DNA of 64,000 nt, from assembly GCF_039982415.1 (NCBI RefSeq), contig NZ_JBDWYL010000006.1, forward strand, positions 461,613 through 525,612, read 5' to 3'. The position numbers were made by a program, and so were the translations under genes. Under the pieces are notes generated by a model. It saw only the letters and a list, made by a program, of their open reading frames with translations. It made no database searches and was not told where the DNA came from. This stretch comes from Parasphingorhabdus sp. GTDB taxonomy: Bacteria; Pseudomonadota; Alphaproteobacteria; Sphingomonadales; Sphingomonadaceae. This document shows, piece after piece, positions 19,465 through 28,762 of this stretch (its first letter is position 1; every line of letters starts with the position of its first letter).

Positions 19465-21089
19465 CAATGCCCCAGTTTAAATCAAAAATATCAACCAGTT
19501 CCGAAAGCTATTTGCAAAACCGCGAAGATATGCTGGCGCTCATCGATCAATTGCGCGTGTTGGAAAAGCGCGCCGTTGATGCGTCAGAAAAGCGGCGCCC
19601 CACATTTGAAAAGCGCGGCCAGCTAACGCCGCATGAACGACTGACCCGGTTGCTTGATCCCGGCATGCCGTTTTTGCGTCTTTACAATATGGCCAATTAT
19701 CTGGTCGAAGATGATAATCCCGAAACCAGCATTCCCGGTGGCAGTGTGATTTTGGGAATTGGTTTTGTCAAAGGCGTGCGCTGTATGATCTGGGTCGATG
19801 ATAGCGGTATCCGCGCCGGTGCTGCAACGACCGGAGGTTGGGATGCTTCCAAAGGCGCTCAAAAAATGGCGCAGCAATTGAAATTGCCGTTCATACATTT
19901 GGTCGAGAGCGCTGGCGCCAATTTGATGGAATATAAAGTCGAGCTATGGGCCCATGGCGGGATGCTGTTTCGCAATCTCGCTTGGCTAAGTGCAGCTGGC
20001 ATACCCACAATGGTTGTTTTGCACGGCCCTTCAACCGCTGGCGGTGCCTATATGCCGGGCATGTCTGATTATGTGATCGGCGTGCGGGATAATGGCATGG
20101 CAGCGCTGGGCGGCGCGGCCTTGGTCCATGCGGCGACAGGCGAAGTTGCCGATGACCGCGAGCTGGGCGGCACGGAAATGCATGCCGCGACAACCGGCAC
20201 GGTAGAATATCTGGCCGATGATGATGCCCATGGCATTGCCATTGCGCGCGATACAATGGGCCGGATTGACTGGAACAAAAATACCGCGCCTGTCCGGCAA
20301 AATGATTATCTCGAGCCGCTTTATAACATTGATGAAATTGCCGGTGTGGTCCCCACCGACTATACGATTCCCTATGATGTCCGGGAAGTGGCTGCGCGGA
20401 TTGTTGATGGTTCGGATTTCGAGGAATTTAAAAGCCGCTATGGCCCGGGAACCGTTTGTATGCAGGCCAGTATCATGGGCCATGCCGTTGGCCTGATTGG
20501 CAATAATGGTCCGTTTGATCCGGAAGCCGCTGCCAAGGCTACGCATTTTTTCCAGCTGTGTGATCAATCGGAACTGCCGATCATTTTCTTAAACAACACC
20601 ACCGGCTATATTGTCGGCACGGAATCGGAACATAAGGGCATGATCAAGCTCGGGTCGAAAATGATCCAGGCCGTCTCCAATGTGCGTGTTCCGAAATTGT
20701 CCCTCTATATTGGGGCCAGCTTTGGCGCCGGCAATTACGGCATGAGCGGTGTTGCTTTTGAACCAGACTTTCTGTTCAGTTGGCCCAATGCAAAAACAGG
20801 TGTGATGGCGGGCGCTTCGGCGGCCAATACCATGAGCCATGTCGCAAAGGTCCAAGCCCAACGCAAAGGCATCGAACCCGATGAGGCGGCAATCGCTAAA
20901 CAAAACCAACGCATCCGGGATATTTTCGAGGCTCAGGAAAGCGCCTTTTTCACATCGGGCCGTGTGCTCGACAATGGCGTGATCGACCCCCGCGATACGC
21001 GCAAAGTCCTCGGCTTTGCGCTCGAGACAATTTTTGAATCGCAAAATCGTCAACTGCATCCTAACGCTTTCGGAGTAGCGCGCATATGA
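19461..21089 (+). CDS. atuC: Geranyl-CoA-carboxylase-type carboxyltransferase (beta) subunit
   Basis: FEKRGQL, ESAGANL, HGPSTAGGAYMPG, LGGTEMH; overlaps the atuA stop; start may be ATG 19467. Confidence 0.8.
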   Translation: MTMPQFKSKISTSSESYLQNREDMLALIDQLRVLEKRAVDASEKRRPTFEKRGQLTPHERLTRLLDPGMPFLRLYNMANYLVEDDNPETSIPGGSVILGIGFVKGVRCMIWVDDSGIRAGAATTGGWDASKGAQKMAQQLKLPFIHLVESAGANLMEYKVELWAHGGMLFRNLAWLSAAGIPTMVVLHGPSTAGGAYMPGMSDYVIGVRDNGMAALGGAALVHAATGEVADDRELGGTEMHAATTGTVEYLADDDAHGIAIARDTMGRIDWNKNTAPVRQNDYLEPLYNIDEIAGVVPTDYTIPYDVREVAARIVDGSDFEEFKSRYGPGTVCMQASIMGHAVGLIGNNGPFDPEAAAKATHFFQLCDQSELPIIFLNNTTGYIVGTESEHKGMIKLGSKMIQAVSNVRVPKLSLYIGASFGAGNYGMSGVAFEPDFLFSWPNAKTGVMAGASAANTMSHVAKVQAQRKGIEPDEAAIAKQNQRIRDIFEAQESAFFTSGRVLDNGVIDPRDTRKVLGFALETIFESQNRQLHPNAFGVARI

Positions 21090-21898
21090 CTGTGCTTCCA
21101 GACACCCAAACGCTTGCGCTTGACATACAGCAGGGCTGGCTCACCATCTGGTTTGATCAACCCGAGAATCGCAATGCATTAAGTGACGCCTTGGTGGCAG
21201 AATTGGCTGCTGTTTTAAAAGGCGTTCGTGATGATCGCTCGATCCGAGGTATCACTTTGCGAGGCCGTGGCGGTGTCTTTTGTGCCGGTGCGGATCTCAA
21301 AAATTTCAAAGAAAATTTTCAAGCCAGCGGCGACCGTGAAGCGACCATCACGATGTCCATGGGGGCCGCTGAAATTTTTGACCTCGTCAATAGCGCCCCG
21401 CAAGTGGTGCTTGTGCTGATCGAAGGCGCGGCCATGGCCGGTGGATTTGGCTTGTCCTGCTGCGCCGATGTGGTGATCTGCGAATCCAGCGCGCGCTTTG
21501 CTATGACGGAAACCGCAATCGGTGTCAGTCCGGCACAAATATCACCTTTTGTCATTCAGAAACTGGGCTATGCCACTGGCCGGCGTCTGATGTTAACAGC
21601 AGCGCGTTTTGATGGAACGCAAGCGCATGCCTTGGGTTTTGCCGACTTTATCGCCGACGATGTGCCGGGTCTCGAAGCGATTGAAATGCAATTGCGCAAA
21701 CAGGTTCTGGGCACTGCGCCCGGTGCGGTGGCGGCCACCAAAGCGCTGCTTGGTCAAATTTCCGGACAACCCCGGTCAGAAGTCATCCGGCTTGCAGCAG
21801 AGAATTTCGCGGACCGCATGGTCAGCGATGAAGCCAAAGAAGGGGTCGCTTCTTTCTTTGAAAAACGGAAACCCTCTTGGGTTGTGAAGCCGGAATAA
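21086..21898 (+). CDS. atuE: Enoyl-CoA hydratase (isohexenylglutaconyl-CoA hydratase type)
   Basis: Crotonase motifs FCAGADL, AMAGGFGL; position between atuC and atuF. Confidence 0.75.
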   Translation: MTVLPDTQTLALDIQQGWLTIWFDQPENRNALSDALVAELAAVLKGVRDDRSIRGITLRGRGGVFCAGADLKNFKENFQASGDREATITMSMGAAEIFDLVNSAPQVVLVLIEGAAMAGGFGLSCCADVVICESSARFAMTETAIGVSPAQISPFVIQKLGYATGRRLMLTAARFDGTQAHALGFADFIADDVPGLEAIEMQLRKQVLGTAPGAVAATKALLGQISGQPRSEVIRLAAENFADRMVSDEAKEGVASFFEKRKPSWVVKPE

Positions 21899-21908
21899 GG
21901 AAATAGAG

Positions 21909-23924
21909 ATGACTCAAATATCCACCCTCCTTGTTGCCAATCGTGGAGAAATTGCCTGTCGCATCATGCGCACCGCGCAAGCCCAGGGCATTAAAACCAT
22001 TGCCGTTTATTCTGATGCCGATACCAATGCGCCACATGTGGCCATGGCCGATGATGCGGTGCGGATCGGACCGGCACCGGTGAATGAATCCTATCTTTTG
22101 ATCGATAAAATCATCGCGGCCGCACAAGCGAGCGGGGCTGATGCCATTCATCCCGGCTATGGCTTTTTGTCTGAGAATGCCGCTTTTTCTCAGGCCTGTG
22201 CGAAAGCCAATATCATCTTTGTCGGTCCACCGGAAAAAGCCATTGATGTGATGGGCGATAAGGCGCGGTCCAAACGCGCGATGATCGATGCGGGTGTGCC
22301 TTGTGTGCCTGGCTATCAAGATGAGGACCAAGCCGATGCGACCTTGATCGCACAAGCCAAAAATATCGGCGTGCCGCTCATGGTCAAGGCCGCGGCGGGC
22401 GGCGGCGGACGGGGCATGCGTCTGGTCCACGATCAAGCCGATGTTGGCAATGCGATCAAGCTTGCCCGATCAGAAGCGGAAAATGCTTTTGGCAATGGTG
22501 AGCTAATTTTGGAAAAAGCCATTATCAAGCCGCGTCATGTCGAGATTCAGGTTTTTGCCGATAGCCATGGCCATATCATCCATCTGGGCGAACGAGATTG
22601 CTCCGTACAACGCCGACACCAAAAGGTTATCGAAGAGGCGCCCTGCCCGATCATGACAGAAGAGCTGCGCGCCGAAATGGGCACCGCCGCCATTGAGGCC
22701 GCGCGTGCGGTAGATTATCGCGGGGCTGGTACGGTGGAATTTTTGCTCGATCAATCGGGCAGCTTTTATTTTTTGGAAATGAATACCCGGCTGCAAGTAG
22801 AGCATCCAGTCACGGAAGAAATTACCGGCCTCGACCTGGTCGCCTTGCAGCTTAAAGTTGCACAAGGCGAAGCTCTGGGCATCGCGCAAGACGATATCAC
22901 GCTTACCGGACATGCCATGGAGGTGCGGCTTTATGCCGAAGATCCGGCCGATGATTTTCTACCCAGTACCGGCCATATTGACTTATGGCACCCGGCACCA
23001 GAAACGCGGATTGACAGCGGGATCACAACCGGGGGAGACGTATCGCCATTTTACGACAGTATGGTGGCCAAAATTGTCACCCATGGCGCAACCCGCCAAG
23101 ATGCGCGCAGAAAAATGGTCAAGGCGCTAACCCAAACAGCCTTGTTTGGACCAAAAACCAATCGCGACTTTCTAGTCGATGCGCTGGGTCAACCTGCCTT
23201 TATCGAAGGCCAGGCAACAACCGCATTCATTGCTGAAAATTATGGCGAGGGCGGCGTTAATCTCGGGCCCCACAGCTTTGATGCCTTTGCCATTGCGGCG
23301 GTTTTGCAACATAAATTGCGCCAACAGGCTGCGCATAAATTGGCGTTGAATGTTAATCGGGAAATGCTCGATTGGTCGAGTAGCGCGGATCTGACAACGG
23401 TTACCCAATATGGGCAATTGGCGGATGCCACCGATAGTGATGGCGTTTTGCATGTTCATGTCCGCGCGCCTCATCGCTATCATGTTGCCGGCGCGAGTCA
23501 GGAGGCTGATATCCAGCTCCTCGCCATTTCTTCTTGCGCGGCAACGGTGAAAGTGAATGACCAAACGGTAAAAACCCTCTTCCACGCCCGCGATCGACAA
23601 TTGCATTTGGCCCTGCCAACGCGATCATTGACGGTTACCGACCTGACGGGCTTGAGCGCGATGGAAGATGCCGGAGGTGGTGGCACTGTCGTCGCACCGA
23701 TGCACGGCCTATTACTTGAGATACTCGTCGAACAAGGCAGCGCTGTGGCAAAGGGCGACAAATTGGCCGTACTCGAGGCAATGAAAATGCAACATGAAAT
23801 TCTGGCAGAAATAGACGGGACGGTTGAAACCGTCGCGGCCACGGCCGGCCAACAAATTGCCGCCGATGATCTGATCATGGAAATTGCGGCGGTTGAAACC
23901 GAAGCAGAGGATGACGCGACATGA
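21909..23924 (+). CDS. atuF: Biotin carboxylase / biotin carrier (geranyl-CoA carboxylase alpha subunit)
   Basis: ANRGEIA, HPGYGFLSEN, RDCSVQRRHQK, EMNTRLQVEH, biotin site EAMKM. Confidence 0.85.
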   Translation: MTQISTLLVANRGEIACRIMRTAQAQGIKTIAVYSDADTNAPHVAMADDAVRIGPAPVNESYLLIDKIIAAAQASGADAIHPGYGFLSENAAFSQACAKANIIFVGPPEKAIDVMGDKARSKRAMIDAGVPCVPGYQDEDQADATLIAQAKNIGVPLMVKAAAGGGGRGMRLVHDQADVGNAIKLARSEAENAFGNGELILEKAIIKPRHVEIQVFADSHGHIIHLGERDCSVQRRHQKVIEEAPCPIMTEELRAEMGTAAIEAARAVDYRGAGTVEFLLDQSGSFYFLEMNTRLQVEHPVTEEITGLDLVALQLKVAQGEALGIAQDDITLTGHAMEVRLYAEDPADDFLPSTGHIDLWHPAPETRIDSGITTGGDVSPFYDSMVAKIVTHGATRQDARRKMVKALTQTALFGPKTNRDFLVDALGQPAFIEGQATTAFIAENYGEGGVNLGPHSFDAFAIAAVLQHKLRQQAAHKLALNVNREMLDWSSSADLTTVTQYGQLADATDSDGVLHVHVRAPHRYHVAGASQEADIQLLAISSCAATVKVNDQTVKTLFHARDRQLHLALPTRSLTVTDLTGLSAMEDAGGGGTVVAPMHGLLLEILVEQGSAVAKGDKLAVLEAMKMQHEILAEIDGTVETVAATAGQQIAADDLIMEIAAVETEAEDDAT

Positions 23925-25060
23925 AAAACCCAATTTGCGATATGCTCGGCATCGAATTTCCGTTGGTTGCCTTCAGCCATTGCCGCGATGTTGTCGCAGC
24001 GGTTTCCAAAGCGGGCGGCATGGGCGTATTTGGCGGAGTGAACTGCACCCCGGAAACCTTAGAAGAGGAATTGAGCTGGATTGATGCGCATGTCGACGGC
24101 AAGCCTTATGGCCTCGATATCATCGTTCCCAATAAGGTCGAAGGCAAAGGGCAACATATAGACGTCGACACCACCCTTGCAATGGTTCCGGAAACCCACA
24201 AACAATTTTCCAAAGACATATTATCCCGCCATGGCGTCGATGCAGGCGATCTCGAAGAGATGCGCCGCGAACATGCGGTGGGCGCTGAAAATTTGCGCGG
24301 CGGCAATGCCGGGGCGTTGCTTGAAGTGGCGTTTCAGCATCCGATAAAACTCATCGCCAATGCTCTAGGCATACCGCCTCAGGTTATGTCGGATATGGGC
24401 CGGCAACATGGTGTGCCGGTCGCGGCGCTGATTGGAACCAAAGAACATGCGATGAGCCAAGTCGCCGCCGGCGTCGATATTCTGATCGCAGTGGGCGGAG
24501 AAGCCGGCGGGCATACCGGTGATGTTGCCACAATGGTTCTCATTCCCGAAGTTTGCAATGCGCTGCGGGATATGGGTGATGACACGCCTGTTCTGGCCGC
24601 AGGAGGAATCGCAACGGGCGCACAAATGGCCGCCGCCATGGCGATGGGCGCAAGCGGTGCCTGGTGCGGCTCCGTTTGGTTGACCACAGCGGAGGCGGAA
24701 ACCAATCCGGTGGTCAAAGAGAAAATGCTTCAAGCCTCGTCACGCGATACTGTGCGTGCGCGATCACGCACCGGCAAACCATCTCGGCAATTGCGGTCTC
24801 CCTGGACCGATGCCTGGGAGGCACAAGACGCCCCCAGCGCGCTGCCCATGCCGCTGCAGTCACTGGTCGCGGAGCCTCCCTTGCGGACGATTGACAAATT
24901 GAGCCAAGGCGACAATCCCGGGGCCAAAGACCTCGCCACTTATTGGGTCGGACAAGGCGTCGGCTTGATGAATCAACCCATGTCTACCGCTCAGGTTGTG
25001 CAAGAGTTTAAACAAGATTTTATCACCGCCTATGAAAGGCTTGCCGCCAATTTAGAGTGA
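23921..25060 (+). CDS. Nitronate-monooxygenase-family FMN oxidoreductase (FabK/IpdC-like fold)
   Basis: FSHCRDVVAAVS, GGEAGGH, AAGGIATG; ATGA overlap with atuF. Confidence 0.85.
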   Translation: MKNPICDMLGIEFPLVAFSHCRDVVAAVSKAGGMGVFGGVNCTPETLEEELSWIDAHVDGKPYGLDIIVPNKVEGKGQHIDVDTTLAMVPETHKQFSKDILSRHGVDAGDLEEMRREHAVGAENLRGGNAGALLEVAFQHPIKLIANALGIPPQVMSDMGRQHGVPVAALIGTKEHAMSQVAAGVDILIAVGGEAGGHTGDVATMVLIPEVCNALRDMGDDTPVLAAGGIATGAQMAAAMAMGASGAWCGSVWLTTAEAETNPVVKEKMLQASSRDTVRARSRTGKPSRQLRSPWTDAWEAQDAPSALPMPLQSLVAEPPLRTIDKLSQGDNPGAKDLATYWVGQGVGLMNQPMSTAQVVQEFKQDFITAYERLAANLE

Positions 25061-25082
25061 GAACATCAAGGGGGGAGACGAT

Positions 25083-26240
25083 ATGGCAGAGACGACAGCA
25101 CTACAGCCACTAGCCGGTATCAAAGTCGTTGAATTTTCAACAATGATCACGGCGTCCCTCGCAACCATGATGTTTGCCCAGCAAGGGGCTGATGTGATCA
25201 AGGTGGAGCCGCCTGGCATCGGTGATCCCATGCGTTGGCTCGGCAGTCGCAAGGACAGCATCTCCGGCCTCTTCCATAATTGCAATCGCGCCAAACGCTC
25301 GATCACGCTTGATCTGAAAAGCGAAGAAGGCGTCGCTGCTGCCCGTAAACTCTGTCTCGATGCGGATATTGTCATTCACAATTATCGTCCCGGAGTCATG
25401 CAACGACTGGGTCTCGACAGCCGCAATCTGCGCGCTGAAAAACCGGCGCTTATATACTGTTCGATTACCGGCTTTGGTCGCGATGGACCCATGGCTGACC
25501 GCCCGGCTTATGATCATGTCATGCAGGCTATGGCCGGATTTATGGGCACACAAGGGCATCCGGATGGCTTTGCCTATGTCAAAACATTATTATGCGACAA
25601 GCTTACTGCCTATACCGCAGCCCAGGCGATTACCGCGGCCTTATTTGCGCGCGAACGGACCGGCGAAGGCCAGCATATCGATCTTTCAATGCTTGCCAGT
25701 TGTCTGGCCTTTTTGTGGCCGGACGGCGGCATGCACCTCACCTTGCAAGATGACAATGCCATCCATGCTGCGCCTTTTGCCGACTATTATCAGATGCCGC
25801 TGCGCACCACCGATGGTGCAATTGCCTATGCCGCGATGAGCGATGCCCATTGGCAAGTGGTCTTTGAGATGGTTGGCCGGGAAGATTTAAAATCGGAAGA
25901 AAAATATCAAGGCTTGGAAAATCGCAGCATGCATATGGCGGAATTAGCGCAAATTGTTTCTAGCGCACCGCCGCTTCGCAATAGCGAAGCAATGCTCGCC
26001 GGGCTAACCAAAGGTGATGTTCCTGCAGCGCCTTGCTTGACATTGGCCGAGGCGAAAAATCATGCTCAGATTTTGGCGATCGAAGCCTTTGAGGAACAGG
26101 ATCACCCCCAGCTTGGAACCATTCACTCGGTGGCATCACCCCTTCATATTAATGGCCAGAAACTGCCGAGCACCAAACCCAGTCCCGCGCTGGGAGAACA
26201 TACCGAACAAATCATGCAAGCTTTGGAAATGAAGGACTAG
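25083..26240 (+). CDS. Family III CoA-transferase (CaiB/BaiF)
   Basis: GADVIKVEPPG.GDPMR, NRAKRSITLDLK, HNYRPG, PAYDHVMQA. Confidence 0.9.
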   Translation: MAETTALQPLAGIKVVEFSTMITASLATMMFAQQGADVIKVEPPGIGDPMRWLGSRKDSISGLFHNCNRAKRSITLDLKSEEGVAAARKLCLDADIVIHNYRPGVMQRLGLDSRNLRAEKPALIYCSITGFGRDGPMADRPAYDHVMQAMAGFMGTQGHPDGFAYVKTLLCDKLTAYTAAQAITAALFARERTGEGQHIDLSMLASCLAFLWPDGGMHLTLQDDNAIHAAPFADYYQMPLRTTDGAIAYAAMSDAHWQVVFEMVGREDLKSEEKYQGLENRSMHMAELAQIVSSAPPLRNSEAMLAGLTKGDVPAAPCLTLAEAKNHAQILAIEAFEEQDHPQLGTIHSVASPLHINGQKLPSTKPSPALGEHTEQIMQALEMKD

Positions 26241-26246
26241 ACATTT

Positions 26247-27053
26247 ATGATGCAGCAGGCACAGGATTTTCTCGACGAAAGCGAAGCCATTTATGCGCTA
26301 GTCCAATCTCTATCTGCGGAACAGATGGAACAGGAAACAGCGTTTAAAGGCTGGACGATCAACGCGATATTGCGGCATCTGCATATCTGGAACATGGCGG
26401 CTTATTGGTCGCTCAATGCCCCGGAAAAATTTCATGCATTCTTCAAACAGGCGATGGCGGGCATGAAAGGTCAGACATCGATGCGCTTTTTTGAAGCCGA
26501 ATATATCGACAATTTATCGGGCCAAGAGCTTGTGAAAATCTGGCGTGAATTTTATCAGAAAATGGCGCCTGAATTTGGCGCTGCGGATCCGAGTATGCGC
26601 GTGGAATGGGCCGGACCGTCGATGAGCGTTCGATCCTCGATAACTGCGCGGCTGATGGAAAACTGGTCCCATGCCCAAGCCATTTATGACATTTTGGGGA
26701 TTGCCAGAGTGAATGCGGACCGGATTCGCAATATCGTGATGATCGGCCTCAACACCTATGGTTGGACGTTCAAAGTCAACGGCAAAGAAGCGCCGCAGCC
26801 GGTGCCTTATCTCAAGCTCACCGCCCCATCGGGCGAAATCTGGACCTATGGCGATAAGAATGAGGAGGAAAGGATTGAAGGCTTCGCCGAAGAATTTTGC
26901 CAGGTCGTCACGCAAACGCGCAATATAGCGGATACGGATCTGCAAGTGACGGGTCCCAATGCAACCCAATGGATGGCGATAGCGCAATGCTTTGCGGGCG
27001 GCGCGGAACAACCGCCCGCGCCAGGCACACGATCTATGAACAACGCCGCATAA
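26247..27053 (+). CDS. TIGR03084-type metal-binding protein (MDMPI/DinB superfamily)
   Basis: GWTINAILRHL, ARLMENWSHAQAI, LTAPSGEIW, FCQVVTQTRN, WMAIAQCFAG. Confidence 0.75.
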   Translation: MMQQAQDFLDESEAIYALVQSLSAEQMEQETAFKGWTINAILRHLHIWNMAAYWSLNAPEKFHAFFKQAMAGMKGQTSMRFFEAEYIDNLSGQELVKIWREFYQKMAPEFGAADPSMRVEWAGPSMSVRSSITARLMENWSHAQAIYDILGIARVNADRIRNIVMIGLNTYGWTFKVNGKEAPQPVPYLKLTAPSGEIWTYGDKNEEERIEGFAEEFCQVVTQTRNIADTDLQVTGPNATQWMAIAQCFAGGAEQPPAPGTRSMNNAA

Positions 27054-27121
27054 AATCTATTGCATGGATCTTTTGTCATTCCCCTTTTTCCGGCTATGGT
27101 CAGAAAAAAGGAGAGAATCGC

Positions 27122-28762
27122 ATGAGCTGGCATATGGCCGATATTTGGGAAAACATCGCCCAAGCAATTCCTGATAAACCCGCCATTGTGGAAGGAAGCA
27201 AACGCTATAGCTGGGCGGAATATGAACAGCGCGCCGCCAAGCTTGCTCAATTATTCACCGACCATGGCCTCGAACCCGGTGCGAAAATAGCGATCTACGC
27301 CTATAATTGCGCGGAATATATGGAAGCGCAATTTGCCGCCTTCAAAGCGCGCATTTGTCCGGTCAATGTCAATTATCGCTATCTGGAAGCCGAGCTCACT
27401 CATGTCATCAATAATAGTGACAGCGAAGCCCTGGTCTATCATGCGCAATTTGCCCCCCGTGTCGCCGCCATTCGCGGCCAGTTGCAGCATGTCCGGCTCT
27501 TCCTCGAAATTGATGATGGGTCGGGAGAACATCTCGAGGGTGCCGTCGATTTTGAAAGCGCCTTACAAGCCGCTTCGCCAATGCCGATAATCCCGCGCTC
27601 CAATGATGACCTATATATGCTTTATACAGGCGGGACGACAGGCATGCCCAAGGGCGTGATGTATGATCACAAAACTTTTGCCAGTGCGCTTTTCACCAAA
27701 GGTTTTGAAATGCGCGAGATGGAATTGCCGCAAGGCGCAGACGGATTTGGCCCATTGGCCCAAGCCCTACATGCGGCAGGTGCCAATGGGCGTTCAATTC
27801 CGGCTTGCCCCATAATGCACGGTACTGGCATGTGGATTGGCGCGATGATTCCCCATGCGCTGGGAAGCTGTGTGGTTCTGTTCAACAATAAACATTTCGA
27901 TCCCGAGGCGCTTTGGTCGCTGACAGAACGCGAAAAGGTCACGGATATTACCATTGTCGGCGATGTCTTTGCAAAACCAATGCTTGCCGCATTGGATAAT
28001 TCCAAAGCCGCAGGCAAACCGTATGATCTGTCTTCCCTGCAACTCATGGGCTCTTCCGGTGTGATGTGGTCAGCCGAAGTGAAAAAAGGTTTGCTCGACC
28101 ATATTGAAATGACAATTATCGATAGCATGGGCTCCACCGAAGGCAGCATGGGCGCTTCGGTCACCACACGGGAAAATACCGCAATCGACAAAACCGCCAG
28201 TTTTGAAATGGCGGAAACCACGAAAATTCTCACCGAAGAGGGTGAAGAAGTCAAAGCCGGGTCGGGTGAAATTGGTATGATCTGCAACGGCGGGATGGTG
28301 CCGCTGGGCTATTATAAAGATGAAGCGAAAAGCGCCGCAACCTTCAAGACTTTCCACGGCGTCCGCTATTCTATACCAGGCGATTTTGCGACCGTAGAAG
28401 CGGATGGCACGGTAACATTGCTGGGCCGGGGATCCGTATGTATCAATAGTGGCGGCGAGAAGATTTTCCCCGAAGAAGTCGAAGAAGCACTGAAAACCCA
28501 TGATAGTATTTATGACTGTCTGGTTGTTGGTGTTCCCGATGACCGGTTTGGCGAGAAAGTGACCGCGGTTTTATCTTTGGCCGAAGGCCATGGCCTCGAC
28601 GAAACAGTCCTTTATGATCACGTCCGCGGGAAATTGGCAGATTATAAAACGCCGCGCGCGTTTTTGGTCGTCGAAGACGTGCCGCGGGCGGCCAATGGGA
28701 AACCAGGATATAAAGATGCGAAAAATATCGCCTTGAAAATGCTGGATCCCGTCACTGCTTAA
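27122..28762 (+). CDS. Acyl-CoA synthetase (AMP-binding; FadD19-like)
   Basis: Probable start 27122 (MSWHMAD); YTGGTTGMPKG, SIPGDFA, INSGGEKIFPEEVE. Confidence 0.9.
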   Translation: MSWHMADIWENIAQAIPDKPAIVEGSKRYSWAEYEQRAAKLAQLFTDHGLEPGAKIAIYAYNCAEYMEAQFAAFKARICPVNVNYRYLEAELTHVINNSDSEALVYHAQFAPRVAAIRGQLQHVRLFLEIDDGSGEHLEGAVDFESALQAASPMPIIPRSNDDLYMLYTGGTTGMPKGVMYDHKTFASALFTKGFEMREMELPQGADGFGPLAQALHAAGANGRSIPACPIMHGTGMWIGAMIPHALGSCVVLFNNKHFDPEALWSLTEREKVTDITIVGDVFAKPMLAALDNSKAAGKPYDLSSLQLMGSSGVMWSAEVKKGLLDHIEMTIIDSMGSTEGSMGASVTTRENTAIDKTASFEMAETTKILTEEGEEVKAGSGEIGMICNGGMVPLGYYKDEAKSAATFKTFHGVRYSIPGDFATVEADGTVTLLGRGSVCINSGGEKIFPEEVEEALKTHDSIYDCLVVGVPDDRFGEKVTAVLSLAEGHGLDETVLYDHVRGKLADYKTPRAFLVVEDVPRAANGKPGYKDAKNIALKMLDPVTA

